Source of the DNA: Octopus vulgaris | Lineage: Eukaryota | Assembly (NCBI GenBank): GCA_951406725.2 | Contig: OX597831.1 | Location: 45,198,001 to 45,262,000, forward strand | Reading direction: 5' to 3' | DNA: 64,000 nt | Part shown: positions 1-13,376 of the stretch, in pieces | How positions within the stretch are numbered: position 1 is the first letter of the stretch | How the letters are laid out: the number at the start of each line of letters is the position of its first letter | Program-made: the position numbers and the translations under genes | The notes under the pieces: model-generated | Told to the model about the DNA's origin: nothing | The model's input: the letters and a program-made list of their open reading frames with translations, nothing else | The model's database searches: none

Positions 1-7
1 ATATATA

Positions 8-58
<51 letters not shown>

Positions 59-288
59 ATGCATGTGTGTGTGTGTATATGTTTGTGTCTGTGTTTGTCC
101 CCCAACATCGCTTGACAACTGATGCTGGTGTGTTTATGTCCCCGTAACTTAGCGGTTCGGCAAAAGAAGTCGATAGAATAGGCTTACAAAGAATAAGTTC
201 TGAGGTCGATTTGCTTGACTAAAGGTGGTGCTCCAGCATGGCCACAGTCAAATGACTGAAACAAATAAAAGAGTAAAATAGTAAAAGA
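1..288 (+). mobile_element. SINE family A, 3' half (in Rab intron)
   Basis: Internal (TA)/(TG) tract followed by ...ggtgctccagcatggccacagtcaaatgactgaaac(aaataaaagag)n tail. Confidence 0.85.
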
Positions 289-369
289 ACTGAATGAGTT
301 GTAATGTCACCTAACTTCTTTTAATCTGAAATATTTTTTTGAATATTTTTTTTTTTCCCTCTCCTTCAG

Positions 370-450
370 AAAAACACAATTTTTCCTTCATTGAAACATC
401 AGCTCTAGACGCAACGAATGTCGGTGAAGCCTTCAATAATCTCTTAGTTG
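370..450 (+). CDS. Rab11-like small GTPase, penultimate coding exon (earlier exons upstream of the window)
   Basis: Polypyrimidine tract and cag acceptor (AG at 368-369), gtaagt donor at 451. The 81-nt phase-1/1 exon reads (E)KHNFSFIETSALDATNVGEAFNNLLV, with the G5 box ETSAL. Size and phase match vertebrate RAB11A exon 4. Confidence 0.93.
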
Positions 451-835
451 GTAAGTGCATCTTCTATCTAACTCAACTTATACATGGCTGTGATGCACAG
501 CTCATATAACTTTAAAATTATGAACCATATTATATGACTCAAGTTAAGATGAGTTTTCCAGCTGATATGTCTTATGAACATCGTTGGCATTAAACTAAAT
601 GAAATAACTGATGACTATATATATATATATATATATATATATCATACGAGTTTTTTGTTTGTTTTATTTATTCTTTTTTTTTTTTTTGTTATTTTAAATT
701 TGTTGCACTTGATCTTACTGTTTTATCTGACTCAAGGTATATTTAGTTATGGTTGGCGAGCACGGCTTATGGAGCTGATACTAAAGCTGTGCTTTCCAGC
801 AGATAGTCATACTTAGCAGAGCATATACATGTAAT

Positions 836-1357
836 CGTGTGTGTGTGTATTTGTATGTGCGTGTGTGGAAGTGTATATGGTGTGCGTGTGTATATATATA
901 CATATATATGTATGTATGTATGTATTTACATATATATATATATACACATATATGTATATATAAGTATGTATATGTATACATATATGTGTATATGTATATA
1001 TATGTTTATATATATGTATGTATGTGTATGTATATATATATATATATGTATATATGTGTGTGTATATATATATATATAGTGTATATATATATATATATAT
1101 ATAGTGTATATATGTCTATATATGTATATTATATACATATATATATGTATGTATGTCTGTATGTATGTATATATATATGTATTTATGTATACATATATAT
1201 ATATGTATGTATGTGTATATATATATATGTATGTGATATACGTCTATATATGTATATTTTATATATATATATATATGTATGTATGTATGTATATATATGT
1301 ATGCATGTATGTATGTATATATATATGTATGTATGTATGTATATATATGTATGTATG

Positions 1358-1390
<33 letters not shown>

Positions 1391-1530
1391 ATATATATAT
1401 GTATGTGTCTGTATATATATATATGTATGTATATATATGTCTATATATATATATATATATATATTATATTATATTATCTGTATATATATATATATATATA
1501 TTATATTATATTATATTATCTGTCTATATA

Positions 1531-1584
<54 letters not shown>
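836..1584. repeat. Compound (TA)n/(TATG)n/(TG)n microsatellite
   Basis: Direct reading. Confidence 0.95.
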
Positions 1585-1589
<5 letters not shown>

Positions 1590-2837
1590 GAGTAGGTAGA
1601 AACACCATAAGATGCACCCAGTGTAAGCTATGGACACATAAAAGGGGCAGTAATATCAAAGGAAGGCTAACTGGGAAGATAGTTTTTATGTGTGGCAAAT
1701 GTCAGGAGCAATAAACACTGAAAACGTGCAGAGAACAGCTTCCCTCACATTCCAAGGGAAAAAACTAGAAATAGTTGATAGCTTCTGTTACCTAGGCAAC
1801 CAAGTCAGTAGCTGGATGCTCTGAAAGTGTAGCTGCTAGAGTAAGGATAGCCTGGGCAAAGTTCAGAGGGTTCTTACCTCTGCTGATGACAAAGGGCCTC
1901 TCACTCAGAGTAAAAGGTAGACTGTATGACGCCTCTGTGTGAACAGCTATGCTACATGGCAGTGAAATATGGGCTGTGACTGCTGAGGACATGTGTAAGC
2001 TTGCAAGGAATGAAGCCAGCATGCTCTGCTGGATGTGTAATCTCAGTGTACATACACGACAGAGTGTAAGTGCCCTGAAAGAAAAGTTGGACTTAAGAAG
2101 CATCAGATGTGGTGTGCAAGGGAGATGCAAATGGATGAGGACAGCTGTGTGAAAAAGTGTCACAGCGTGGCAGTTGAGGGAACCTGGGGAAGACGTAGAC
2201 CCAGGAAGACCTGAGATGAGGTGGTGAAGCACAACCTTCAAACATTGGGCCTCACTGAGGCAATGACAAGTGACTGAGACCTTTGGAGATATGCTAAGTG
2301 AGACCATAACCGTGGCCTATGCCAGTGCTGTATAACCAGCCCATTTAAGAATACCCTTCAATCATTGGACAATATACTATGCTTGCGAAGACCTGTTGAG
2401 GCAAGTGAAATCACTATCGTGGCTGATGACAGTACCACCTGATTAGCACCCATGCCAGTGGAATGTTAGAAGCACGATTCGAGCGTGATCGATGCCAGAG
2501 CTACTGACTGGCTCCCGTGCCTGTGGCATGTAAAAAAAGCACCATCTGAGCGTGGTTGTTGCCAGTGCCGCCGGACTGGCTCCTGTGCAGGTGGCATGTA
2601 AAAAGCACCATTTGAGTATGGCCGATGCCAGTACCGCCTGACCTGCCTTCATGCTGGTGACATGTAAAAGCAGCCACTACACTCTCGGAGTGGTTGGCAT
2701 TAGGAAGGGCATCCAGCTGTAGAAATTTTGCCAGATTAGGCTGGAGACTGGTGCAGCCTTCTGGCTCACCCACCTCCAATCAAACCGTCCAAGCCATGCC
2801 AGCATGGAAAGCAGACGATGATGATGATGATGATGAT
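1585..2837 (+). mobile_element. RTE-clade LINE, 5'-truncated (degenerate ORF end, 3'UTR, (GAT)n tail)
   Basis: Frameshifted peptides [53 protein letters not shown]; ends in gatgatgat. Confidence 0.85.
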
Positions 2838-3043
2838 ATATATGTTGGGTTGAGGAATAATTCATGAGAGTTTTTTTCAAATTTATTTTAAACAAAAAAA
2901 AACTACAACAAATTAATCAATAATATACTCTTGGTTGTTGTTTACAGCATTGTCCCATCATTCAATAAGTTTTCCAATGTCTTGACAGGAGAAATCTTCT
3001 GGTCTTGACTTAAAGAATTCGTCCAACCAAGCCCTCAATACCA

Positions 3044-3273
3044 ATTTCTTTACTACCTACAAGGGGCTAAACACAGAGAGGACAAACAAGGACAGAGAAA
3101 CGAATTAAGTCGATTATATTGACCCCAGTGCGTAACTGATACTTATTTGATCAACCTCAAAAGGATGAAAGGCAAAGTCGACCTCAGCGAAATTTGAACT
3201 CAGAATGTAGCGGCAGATGAAATACCGCTAAGCACTTTACCCGGTGTGCTAACGTTTCTGCTAGCTCGCTGCC
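3044..3273 (-). mobile_element. SINE family B inserted in the mariner relic
   Basis: 15-bp TSD aagccctcaatacca at 3029-3043 and 3274-3288. Confidence 0.9.
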
Positions 3274-3865
3274 AAGCCCTCAATACCACGTCGTTATTGA
3301 ATGATATACGACACAAAGCATTTGAAAGAGATGAAAATTTGACAGCACCAAGTCTGGAGAGTATTGAGGATGGGGCAGCACTTCTTGAATTACGGCTTTG
3401 GTCATATTGGTTATGTTGCAGATGAACCACATTTCGCCTATTCAGTCTTGTTTGCTGAATTGCTTCATTGAGTCAGTGAGGTTGTTGAATGTAGAGCTCT
3501 GCATTGAGTGTTTGGTTGTACTCAAGTAGTTTGTAATGAATCATGCCTTCCCATGTCCCACCATACATATAACATGACTTTTCGAGGATGAAGGTCTTGT
3601 TTTGCTTGTGGAGTCACTTGTGTGTCAGGGCTAAGCCATTCTTTTCACTGCTTCATATTGACAAAAAGGTACCAGTTTTCATCGCAAGAGACAATACAGT
3701 AAAGAAAATGCTGTTTGTGACCATGTGTTGAGTGATATCGAGCAAGTAAACTGGCATCAGTTGTGGAGCGTTGATTTTTGTTGTTTTTACTCAAAGTTTG
3801 TAGCGCCCAAGCACCGAATTTCTGAACCTTACCCACTGAATGAAGGTGGTTCACCACAGTTTATC

Positions 3866-4085
3866 AGTACCGCCTGACTGGCTCGTGTGCCAGTGGCATG
3901 TAAAAGCAAGCACCCACTACACTCTTGGAGTGGTTGGCATTAGGAAGGGTATCCAGCTGTAGAAACTCTGCCAGATCAAGATTGGAGCTTGGTGTAGCCA
4001 TCTGGTTCGCCAGTCCTCAGTCAAATCATCCAACCCATGCTAGCATGGAAAGCAGACGTTAAACAATGATGATGATGATGATGAT
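3866..4085 (+). mobile_element. RTE LINE 3' end fragment
   Basis: Homologous to 2625-2837, with (GAT)n tail. Confidence 0.8.
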
Positions 4086-4306
4086 CTGCTCCACCAATTC
4101 TCTGGTTGTTTGACATGAATTTTTGTGAAGAAATTGATTCAATTACTCTTCATTGAACTCAATTGATTGACCAGTGTGTGAGCTGTCCTTGCGGTCAAAA
4201 TTCCCATTTTTGAAGAATGCAAACCAATGGCAGGCAGTACTTTGAGACATTGCTCCTTCTCTATACACAGCACACACTATGCTCTGCTAAGTGACATTAT
4301 TCTCTT

Positions 4307-4665
4307 ATAGGTGCACGAGTGGCTGTGTGATAAGTAGCTTGCTTACCGACCACATGGTTCCGGGTTCAGTCCCACAGCGTGGCATCTTGGACAAGTGTCT
4401 TCTACTATAGCCTCGGGCTGACCAAAGCCTTGTGAGTGGATCTGGTGGATGGAAACTGAAAGAAGCCCATCGTTTATGTATGTGTATATATATATATGTA
4501 TGTGTGTGTATGTTTGTGTGTCTGTGTTTGTGTCTCCAACATCGCATGACAACCGATGCTGGTGTGTTTACATCCCTGTAACTTACCGGTTTGGTAAAAA
4601 GAAACTGATAGAATAAGTACCAAGCTTACAAAGAATAAGTCCTGGGGTCAATTTGCTCGACTAAA
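4307..4665 (+). mobile_element. SINE family A
   Basis: tRNA-like head gagtggctgtgtgataag...ggttcagtccc, CORE-like segment, internal microsatellite. Confidence 0.85.
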
Positions 4666-5344
4666 GAAAAAAGCAAAAAAAAAAGCACAAATCTTATGAG
4701 CAGCTTCAGCAGCCTTAACACTTGGATTAAATACAAAAAGCAAATGGTGTTGAAAATGCTCAGTTTTGTCCACTTGACATTCCATTTTAATGATCTGAAA
4801 ATACACAAAAATCATAAAATTAAAAAATCAAAACATACTATCTTGTACTTCAAAAAATTCTCTTTTAAATAACATAAAGCATTTTACCAATGAATGTTAT
4901 TTCTGTGTGCATTTATAAATTTGAAAAAAAAAAAAAAACGCTCTTGAATTATTTCTCAACTGAACTGAAATGCATAAAAGTGTGTGTGTACGTGGGAGGG
5001 AAGGAATCACTGTGTAGTTAAGATGTAGGAAGCAAGCCTATCTGTGTGATTTCAGTATTAGTCCCATTGCACACCACATTGGCAAATGTCTTGTGCTCTA
5101 GCTCCAGGATGACCAGAATATGCATGTGTGTGTGTGTGTGTCTGTGTCTGTTTACATCTTGTTTGCGTCTACAAAGGTCTTGATGGACAGTGGTATTGTC
5201 AACAAATAATCTGCTCGCTTCACCCCTTCGAAGCTGCATGGAATAAGAGATCCTTTACTTGAAAAAACAGATGAGGACCGAGATGGATGGCACGAGCAGG
5301 TTTTAAATGTCCAAGCAAGCTCGACAAGATGGTAATGATACTAA

Positions 5345-5573
5345 AGGCGAGCTGGCAGAAACGTTAGCACCCCGGGCGAAATGCGTAGCCGTATTTCGTC
5401 TACCGTTACGTTCTGAGTTCAAATTCCGCCGAGGTCAACTTTGCCTTTCATCCTTTTGGGGTCGATTAAATAAGTACCAGTAATTCACTGAGGTCGGTAA
5501 AATCGACTTAATCCGTTTGTCTGTCCTTGTTTGACCTCTCTGTGTTTAGCCCCTTGTGGGTAGTAAAGAAATA
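5345..5573 (+). mobile_element. SINE family B
   Basis: ggcgagctggcagaaacgttagcac head, gttcaaattcc B-box-like motif, imperfect TSD ggtaatga(t/c)acta. Confidence 0.88.
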
Positions 5574-5986
5574 GGTAATGACACTATGGTGTGTATCGTA
5601 TCACTTTAAGAAACCTAAAGTTTCTTATCAGCTTTCATGATAAGAAACCAAGCATAACCAACCTCTTATGAAAACCAGGCCATGTGAGACAAGGTTCATC
5701 ACCAGCCAGGCTGCTTTACTAAAAGACTTCAAAGTAAATTTTTATTAGGAATACCATGCAGAAAGTTTCACAGCTGCACTTTGTCTGTGATTGATCTAGG
5801 TAGTCACTTGTCTTGCTAGAAATAGAAGCCAAATCTCCCTTGAATCACACCCAACTGTATTATTTAACCCTTTAGCATTCAGTTGACTCTGTCAAATGTA
5901 AAATGATTATTTATTAATGTTGTTTTGAATTAATCCTGTATTATCTCATAGCTCTGAGATTTCAATGATGTAATTGTTTAGTTTTT

Positions 5987-6152
5987 AGGAGTGGCTGTGT
6001 GGTAAGTAGCTTGCTTACCAACCACATGGTTCCAGGTTCAGTCCCACTGCGTGGCACCTTGGGCAAGTGTCTTCTACTATAGCCACGGGCCAACCAAAGC
6101 CTTGTGAGTAGATTTGGTAGACGGAAACTCAAAGAAGCCCATCGTATATATG

Positions 6153-6185
<33 letters not shown>

Positions 6186-6422
6186 ATGTGTGTGTGTGCA
6201 TATGTTTGTGTGTCTGCGTTTGTCGCCCCAACATCACTTGACAACCAATGTTGGTGTGTATACATTGCTGTAACTTAGCGGTTCAGCAAAAGAGACCGAT
6301 AGAATAAGTACTAGGCTTCCAAAGAATAAGTCCTGGGGTCGATTTGCTAGACTAAAGGCGGTGCTCCAGCATGGCCGCAGTCAAATGACTGAAACAAGTA
6401 AAAGAGTAAAAAGAGTAAAAGA
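5987..6422 (+). mobile_element. SINE family A, near full length, ending about 58 nt before the Rab terminal exon
   Basis: Head, CORE-like segment, microsatellite and (agtaaaaag)n tail. Interrupts a piggyBac-type MITE fragment (5864-5986). Confidence 0.88.
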
Positions 6423-6480
6423 ATATTTCCCTTAGAAGATAATAATTTTTGCTTCATCCTTTTTTTTTTATCTTTTTCAG

Positions 6481-6590
6481 ATATATTTAAAGTACAAGTT
6501 GAAAGCAAACCTGCCGACGATAAAAGTATTTCTAAAAACAGTAACAGCTTGGATTTTTCAGTGCAAAATAATTCTAGTTGTAGATGTTGA
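6481..6590 (+). CDS. Rab11-like small GTPase, terminal coding exon
   Basis: Strong acceptor ttttttttttatctttttcag ends at 6480. Phase-compatible with the 370-450 exon: (D)IFKVQVESKPADDKSISKNSNSLDFSVQNNSSCRC-TGA, ending in a CxC geranylgeranylation motif. Confidence 0.88.
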
Positions 6591-7199
6591 AAATGTACCT
6601 TGTTAACTAGATCAGCCCCTTCTTCAGTGCTGAAAGGGCACCGTTTTTCTTAAGAGAACAATGTTGGGGATACAAGGCAAAAAACTGTACAAATATCAAT
6701 GAAATATTACAGAGTTCCATTTGGAATACCTGTTAATTTTCTTTTCGGAATTTATCAAAGTATGTGTCTATGTAGCTAAGTGGGTTAGCTGCTGGCCTCC
6801 GGGTCATGAGTTCAAGCATAGCATGGGCATATTCTGCTTTTTTTTTTCCTTTTTTTTTTTTTATAAGCGATACACATTTCTCTTGATTTATAATGATAAA
6901 CATGCCAGTCCTGCTTTGTCCAGTTAATCAGACTGGCAGTCTTTGGAGAGAACACTAGGATGTAAATTATTTGCTTTACAAATATGTGTACATGTCAAAA
7001 TTTGCATGTCTGCTTAACCCATACCATCATGGAAAAAGATTGAGACAAAATAGAGAAACAGTTCAAAGAAGAAAGAACAAAAACTATAAAGATGATGTCT
7101 TGAAATTTTGAAATTCTAAAGAAGAATTGTCAAGACATTTGCAAATGTAATGCAAACAATACCATCTCACTACTAATAACTTTTATAATTACCTATGGA

Positions 7200-7905
<706 letters not shown>

Positions 7906-8355
7906 CTCAGATGAGGTGTATGTATGTATATATGTGTGTGTCGTCTTTCATGTGGGTCGTCTTTTTTTGTTTTTTGTTGGTTTTTTTTGCTATAAAAAGA
8001 AATGTGGGTGATTATTTTAATAGTGTACTTTGTACAGTCTAGCTATTTATAATTGTTAAATAGCTGAGATGTATATGAAACTGCTGTAAATCTTCTGCAA
8101 TGAAATACGTCCTATTTGTAACTGGAAACTACTCTGGTTCTTCATTGCTTGCAACAAGCCTGAATTTTCTTTTTGATTTGTTCGCCATCTCTCCTGATGT
8201 TTCTTCCTGTCATTTACTCTGTGTATTTGTTCCACATCATCTCACATAAAATTGTTACTGCTTGTTATACACATAATATAACATATTCTGTGTCTTCACT
8301 TTCAATTTCGTTGTTGGCATTTCTTTTTAAAGCCCTCCTTGATATTGATAGCAAA

Positions 8356-8963
<608 letters not shown>

Positions 8964-9202
8964 AAAAGGCATTCCAACCATAACCATCACGTCTTTTTAG
9001 AGCCATCTAGGGCCAACTTTCTTATCTAGTTTTTTTTTTTGTTTTTTTTTTTGATAAAGCAGGATTTGAGCTGTGGCCATCACATCTTCCTCCTGTTATA
9101 AGGTGATAAGATACAATTCGAGGTAGACTTAGCTACCATTTTAAGCAGGCCAAGTGATTATGTTGAAGTGCCTGCAGCAAATGCAGTGTAGTAGTATAGT
9201 AT

Positions 9203-9245
<43 letters not shown>

Positions 9246-9461
9246 CTTTGTCCCAGGGCTGTTCTGACCTATGATCAAGGGCATCTTATTCATGTCTTTA
9301 CTGTCTTTTTATGTATCATCTAGCATCTCATAATCGCATATATACTTCATTTCATAAGGCAAGCAGGTGCGATTTGAGGGTAATTTGGCTACTGCTTCTA
9401 GAAGGTAGAAAAATGACCATATACTGACCTTTCCATAATGTACACAAACAGTATATTGTAT

Positions 9462-9880
9462 AGGCATAGGAGTGGCTGTGTGGTAAGTAGCTTGCTTACC
9501 AACCACATGGTTCCAGGTTCAGTCCCATTGCGTGGCACCTTGGGCAAGTGTCTTCTACTACAGCCTTGGGCCGACCAAAGCTTTGTGAGTGGATTTGGTA
9601 GACGGAAACTGAAAGAAGCCCATCGTATATATGTATATATATATTTGTATATATGTATGTGTGTGTGTATATGTTTGTGTGTCTGTTTTTCCTCCCCCCC
9701 CCCCCAAATCGCTTGTCAACCAATACTGGTGTGTTTACGTCCCTGTAAATTAGCGGTTCGGCAAAAGAGATCAATAGAATAAGTACTAGGCTTACAGAGA
9801 ATAAGTCTGGAGTCGATTTGCTTGACTAAAGGCAGTGCTCCAGCATAGCCACAGTCAAATGACTGAAACAAGTAAAAGAG
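9462..9880 (+). mobile_element. SINE family A
   Basis: Full head-to-tail homology to 5987-6422. Confidence 0.88.
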
Positions 9881-9884
9881 TATA

Positions 9885-11685
9885 TAGGATGTTTGGGTTA
9901 AATTTGACAGCTTGCAAAAAAGGAAAAGAAAACACTATGTCCCATCCAAAAATAGATTCACTTGAACATTCAAATTTAATTTGCCACAATATTTCCGTCA
10001 CTTTGAGACCACAACCTGTTCACTGACAAAATTCCATGCTGCATCTGAGCAGGTGAACAGGTCGCAGTCTCAAAGCATCCAAAAATAAATGTATTTTAAA
10101 AAATTTAAAAAAAATATCAATGAAATTATGGCTGGGAGATAACAGTTTATTCAAAGTAGCCATCCTAAGCTTCCACCACAACCTCAAGATTATTCCATAA
10201 CCTGGGACATGCATTCTTCACTTCCTCCTTAGGAAGATCTTTGAACATCTCCTTGGAAGTTGGCCACCAGCTTGGTCTTGGTGTTGCAGGCAGAGCAGTT
10301 GGTGTCTTTCTCAACCACACCCCATGCATAGTAATCCATGGGATTATGATTGAGGGAATTAGGAGGCCACAAATTGGGGCTGCTGAAGTCATAGAAATTC
10401 TCCAACAACCTGTAAAGATATTGTTTTTAGTTGAAGTCAAGGGTCAATAATTGTAAAGGGTAAGATTGATTAGGTACACAATAATATGAAATGTCAGAGT
10501 CAGCAGTTGTGACGATAAAAATTTGTTGTTATAATTGCAAGCTGTAGGATGTGAATGATGAACAATGTATGAAGTTTTAAGAAAGTATTTATTTACTGTT
10601 ACGTTGAAAACTATCATACCTTAACAGGCAGGTTATAACATCCAAGAACATGTGAAAGAAAATTAGATGTGGTAGAATTTTTTTTTTGCATACTTTGGCG
10701 TACACAAATTGTTAGAAGTAATCCACAGATTGTGATTGATGATGTTGTAAGAGAACAGAATTAGAGCTAGTGAAAGTTGTGGGGCTGTAGGACGTTGTCT
10801 CACAGTTGCTGACAGTAAATTTCAATTCTCCCTCTGGCCAAGGTTCTAGCTGGTCAGCTTGACTTTGTTCTCACTGAGTTGTCACCGCAGTGGCTAACTC
10901 ATTGAGTTGTTACCGACTGACTTTTGCTTGGGGTGTGCTTGCTTTTATAACTATCCAGAGGGATAGACATATCATTGAGAACAATAGATTTAGTTGGTCG
11001 TCTTGTTATCTCTATTCTAGTTTTTGGTGAAGTAGAAGAGGTCAAGTGGTGAAGACATTATTTCGGCCTAGCTAAAGGCATCTGGAAAATGTAAAACTGC
11101 TGTCGGAGAAAAACCATTGTTCCACCGTGGAAAAAGTTCTGTTGCAGTATTGATTTAAATTTGGCTATGGTGGATTGAATCCACTTCATTCATGCAAGAT
11201 CCACTACAAACCATATCTGACTCTTTCTGTAGGTGTGGCAAGGAGCCAAATCCTGCTGCCACACATACGGTCTTCCAGCAGCAACTCTCTCCTACAAGAG
11301 TTTGGCTTATTCTCCAATAGCCTCACATAGCTGTCTGAATCAAGCCTAAGGCCTGGTTCAAAGTTGTGGAGACACCCAAAGACCATCACAGTTTGGATGA
11401 AGATGGTTTTCAAGATTTCCATGTCATGTCTTACAGCCTTTACAGTGTTCACAGAGCATTGAGCAGTAGTCATGATGTCAGCATTTTGATAGCCAGCATT
11501 GGTCATCGTGGTACTGGTAACTCTTTACCAATATTCAGATGGCTTCCAGTTCTCCATATCAGCTAACTTTTTCTCAGCTGCAAATTTAATCTCTATGCTT
11601 TCCAGCACTGTTGACTTCTTAACATTAAGCTGTTCCCGAAAAAAAGGATATGCAAAGAATAATCAAATTTATCCCAAACATCCTG
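9885..11685 (-). mobile_element. Tc1/mariner DD37D (maT-type) transposon relic with TIRs, split by a solo LTR
   Basis: TIRs taggatgtttgggttaaatttga / tcaaatttatcccaaacatcctg. Removing the LTR and one TSD copy restores WQQD-LAPCHTYRKSQIWLLENFYDFSSPNLWPPNSLNHNPM-DYYAW (37-residue spacing). Confidence 0.85.
10411..11208 (-). mobile_element. Solo LTR (Gypsy-like), 798 bp
   Basis: TGTA...TACA termini and 4-bp TSD aacc (10407-10410, 11209-11212). Minus-strand TATAAAA near 10943-10949 and AATAAA near 10588-10593. Confidence 0.8.
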
Positions 11686-12114
11686 TGGTGTGGCGGAGTA
11701 GTATTGTATGATATTCTGTTGTAAAACTATATTGATGTTAGTTTCAATCAAGTGAGCTATCTGTTCATTGGATAAGCATACAAGTGGTTGGGTACTCCAC
11801 AGATATGTGTGCTCTTGATGCAATTCTCAGGCAAAATCAACTTTGCACTCTATCCAGTAAGGCTTCAGCACAGTTTCTGTCTACTCAATTATACTCACAA
11901 AGCTTTTATCGATGCAAGATCAGTGGCATAGTTAAACGTGTACCCCACAAGCCTATATAGGCTTATACAGCTGACCCCAAAGTGCTGCCTCCCCATAAAG
12001 GTGTGTGTGTGTGTGTGTCTTCATGCTAGACCACTGGCAGCAAAAAATTTCTAAATAATTTTTTGCTACCCTGAAATTTATATGTATGTATATCTATGTA
12101 TATGTGTATGTATG

Positions 12115-12167
<53 letters not shown>

Positions 12168-12246
12168 GTATATATATATGTATATATATGTATATATATA
12201 TGTATATATATATAAGTATATATATGTATATATATATATATATACG

Positions 12247-12315
<69 letters not shown>

Positions 12316-12322
12316 GTATATA

Positions 12323-12812
12323 TGGGAGAGGCTTAGGGAACTCAATTTGTACTCCTTGGAACGAAGACGAGAGAGATATGCGGTGATATACATATGGAAA
12401 ATCCTGGAGGGACTAGCACCAAATTTTGGAATTGAGAGCTGTTCCAATCCCCGTACAGGACGTCACTGTGTGGTGCCAAAGGTCCCGTCTTCCACATCCA
12501 GGGTAAGGAGCAGATACTGTAATAGCCTGGGGTTCAGGGGCCCTCAGCTGTTCAACAAACTGCCAAGAAAACTAAGAGATCTACATGATGCGGATGTAGA
12601 CATTTTCAAAAAACATCTAGACAAGCTGCTTTCCGGGATCCCAGATGAACCCACTGCAAGGTACGAAGGTAACCTAAGGGCAGCAGCTACAAACTCTCTC
12701 TTAGATCAGTGGCCAGCCACGGCAAACTGGACTTAGAGAGGGTAGCAACAAGGGCGGTGCCCCAGCATGGCCTCAGCCGGATGGCTGAAACAAGTAAAAG
12801 AGTAAAAGAGAA
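12323..12812 (+). mobile_element. CR1/L2-group LINE 3' end with open ORF2 C-terminus
   Basis: [28 protein letters not shown]...GPQLFNKLP...[16 protein letters not shown], stop at 12736, then tail ggcggtgccccagcatggcc...ctgaaac(aagtaaaagag)n. Confidence 0.88.
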
Positions 12813-13033
12813 TATATATATATAGATTCCTGGTCTGGGAATCAAACCCATGACCTTACAATCGTGAGTGTATATATGTATATATATATATATGTATGTA
12901 TGTATATATATACACACATGCGCACTGCAGCTTATATAAGTTTATACAATAAGCCCAGAAGTGCCCCTCCCACCACCTATAAAATTTATCATCGTACATA
13001 TGTATGCATGTTGTATGTATGTGTGTGTACACA

Positions 13034-13335
13034 TGGCTTCGTGGTTAAGGTGTTACACTCACGATTGTAAGGTCATGGGTTTGATTCCCAGACCAGGTGT
13101 TGTGTTGTGTTCATGAGCAAAGCACTTCATTTCACATTGCTCTGTGATCATTTCGACATCTGACGTGTGGCACCCGTTGCACCTGTACAGGTAATATCGA
13201 TTTGATGAAGGGAGTGGGCTTATGTCTACACAAACATTCGATCACTATAAACAAATCATTTGCGTGGTTGAGAAATTGTCCGGTAAGAAATTGTCAAACT
13301 CTCATACGTTGTCAAATAATGGGAGAGTTCATCAT
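13034..13335 (+). mobile_element. SINE family C (tRNA-like head plus CORE-like segment); second copy about 48450-48790
   Basis: gtggttaaggtg...ggtttgattcc head; gtgttcatgagcaaagcacttcatttcacattg shared with the 48.5 kb copy. Confidence 0.7.
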
Positions 13336-13376
13336 ATATGCATGTATGTGTGTGTGCATATGTATATGCACATACA

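Larger units (their letters stand above)
2843..4966 (-). mobile_element. Degenerate mariner transposon with both TIRs and three nested insertions
   Basis: TIRs tgttgggttgaggaataattcatgagag / ctcttgaattatttctcaactgaact. Minus-strand motifs HWFAFFKNGNFD, CIVSCDENW and LPHPQYSPDL. Confidence 0.85.

Noticed and set aside
781-1698. Long YI/CV/HT-rich ORFs (also at 7.2-9.0, 12.0-12.4, 24.2, 26.2, 43.8, 46.2 and 56.5 kb)
   Set aside because: Translations of dinucleotide microsatellites.
4305-4552. Recurrent ORFs such as [15 protein letters not shown] / LPNPLTRLW
   Set aside because: Chance frames of SINE family A.
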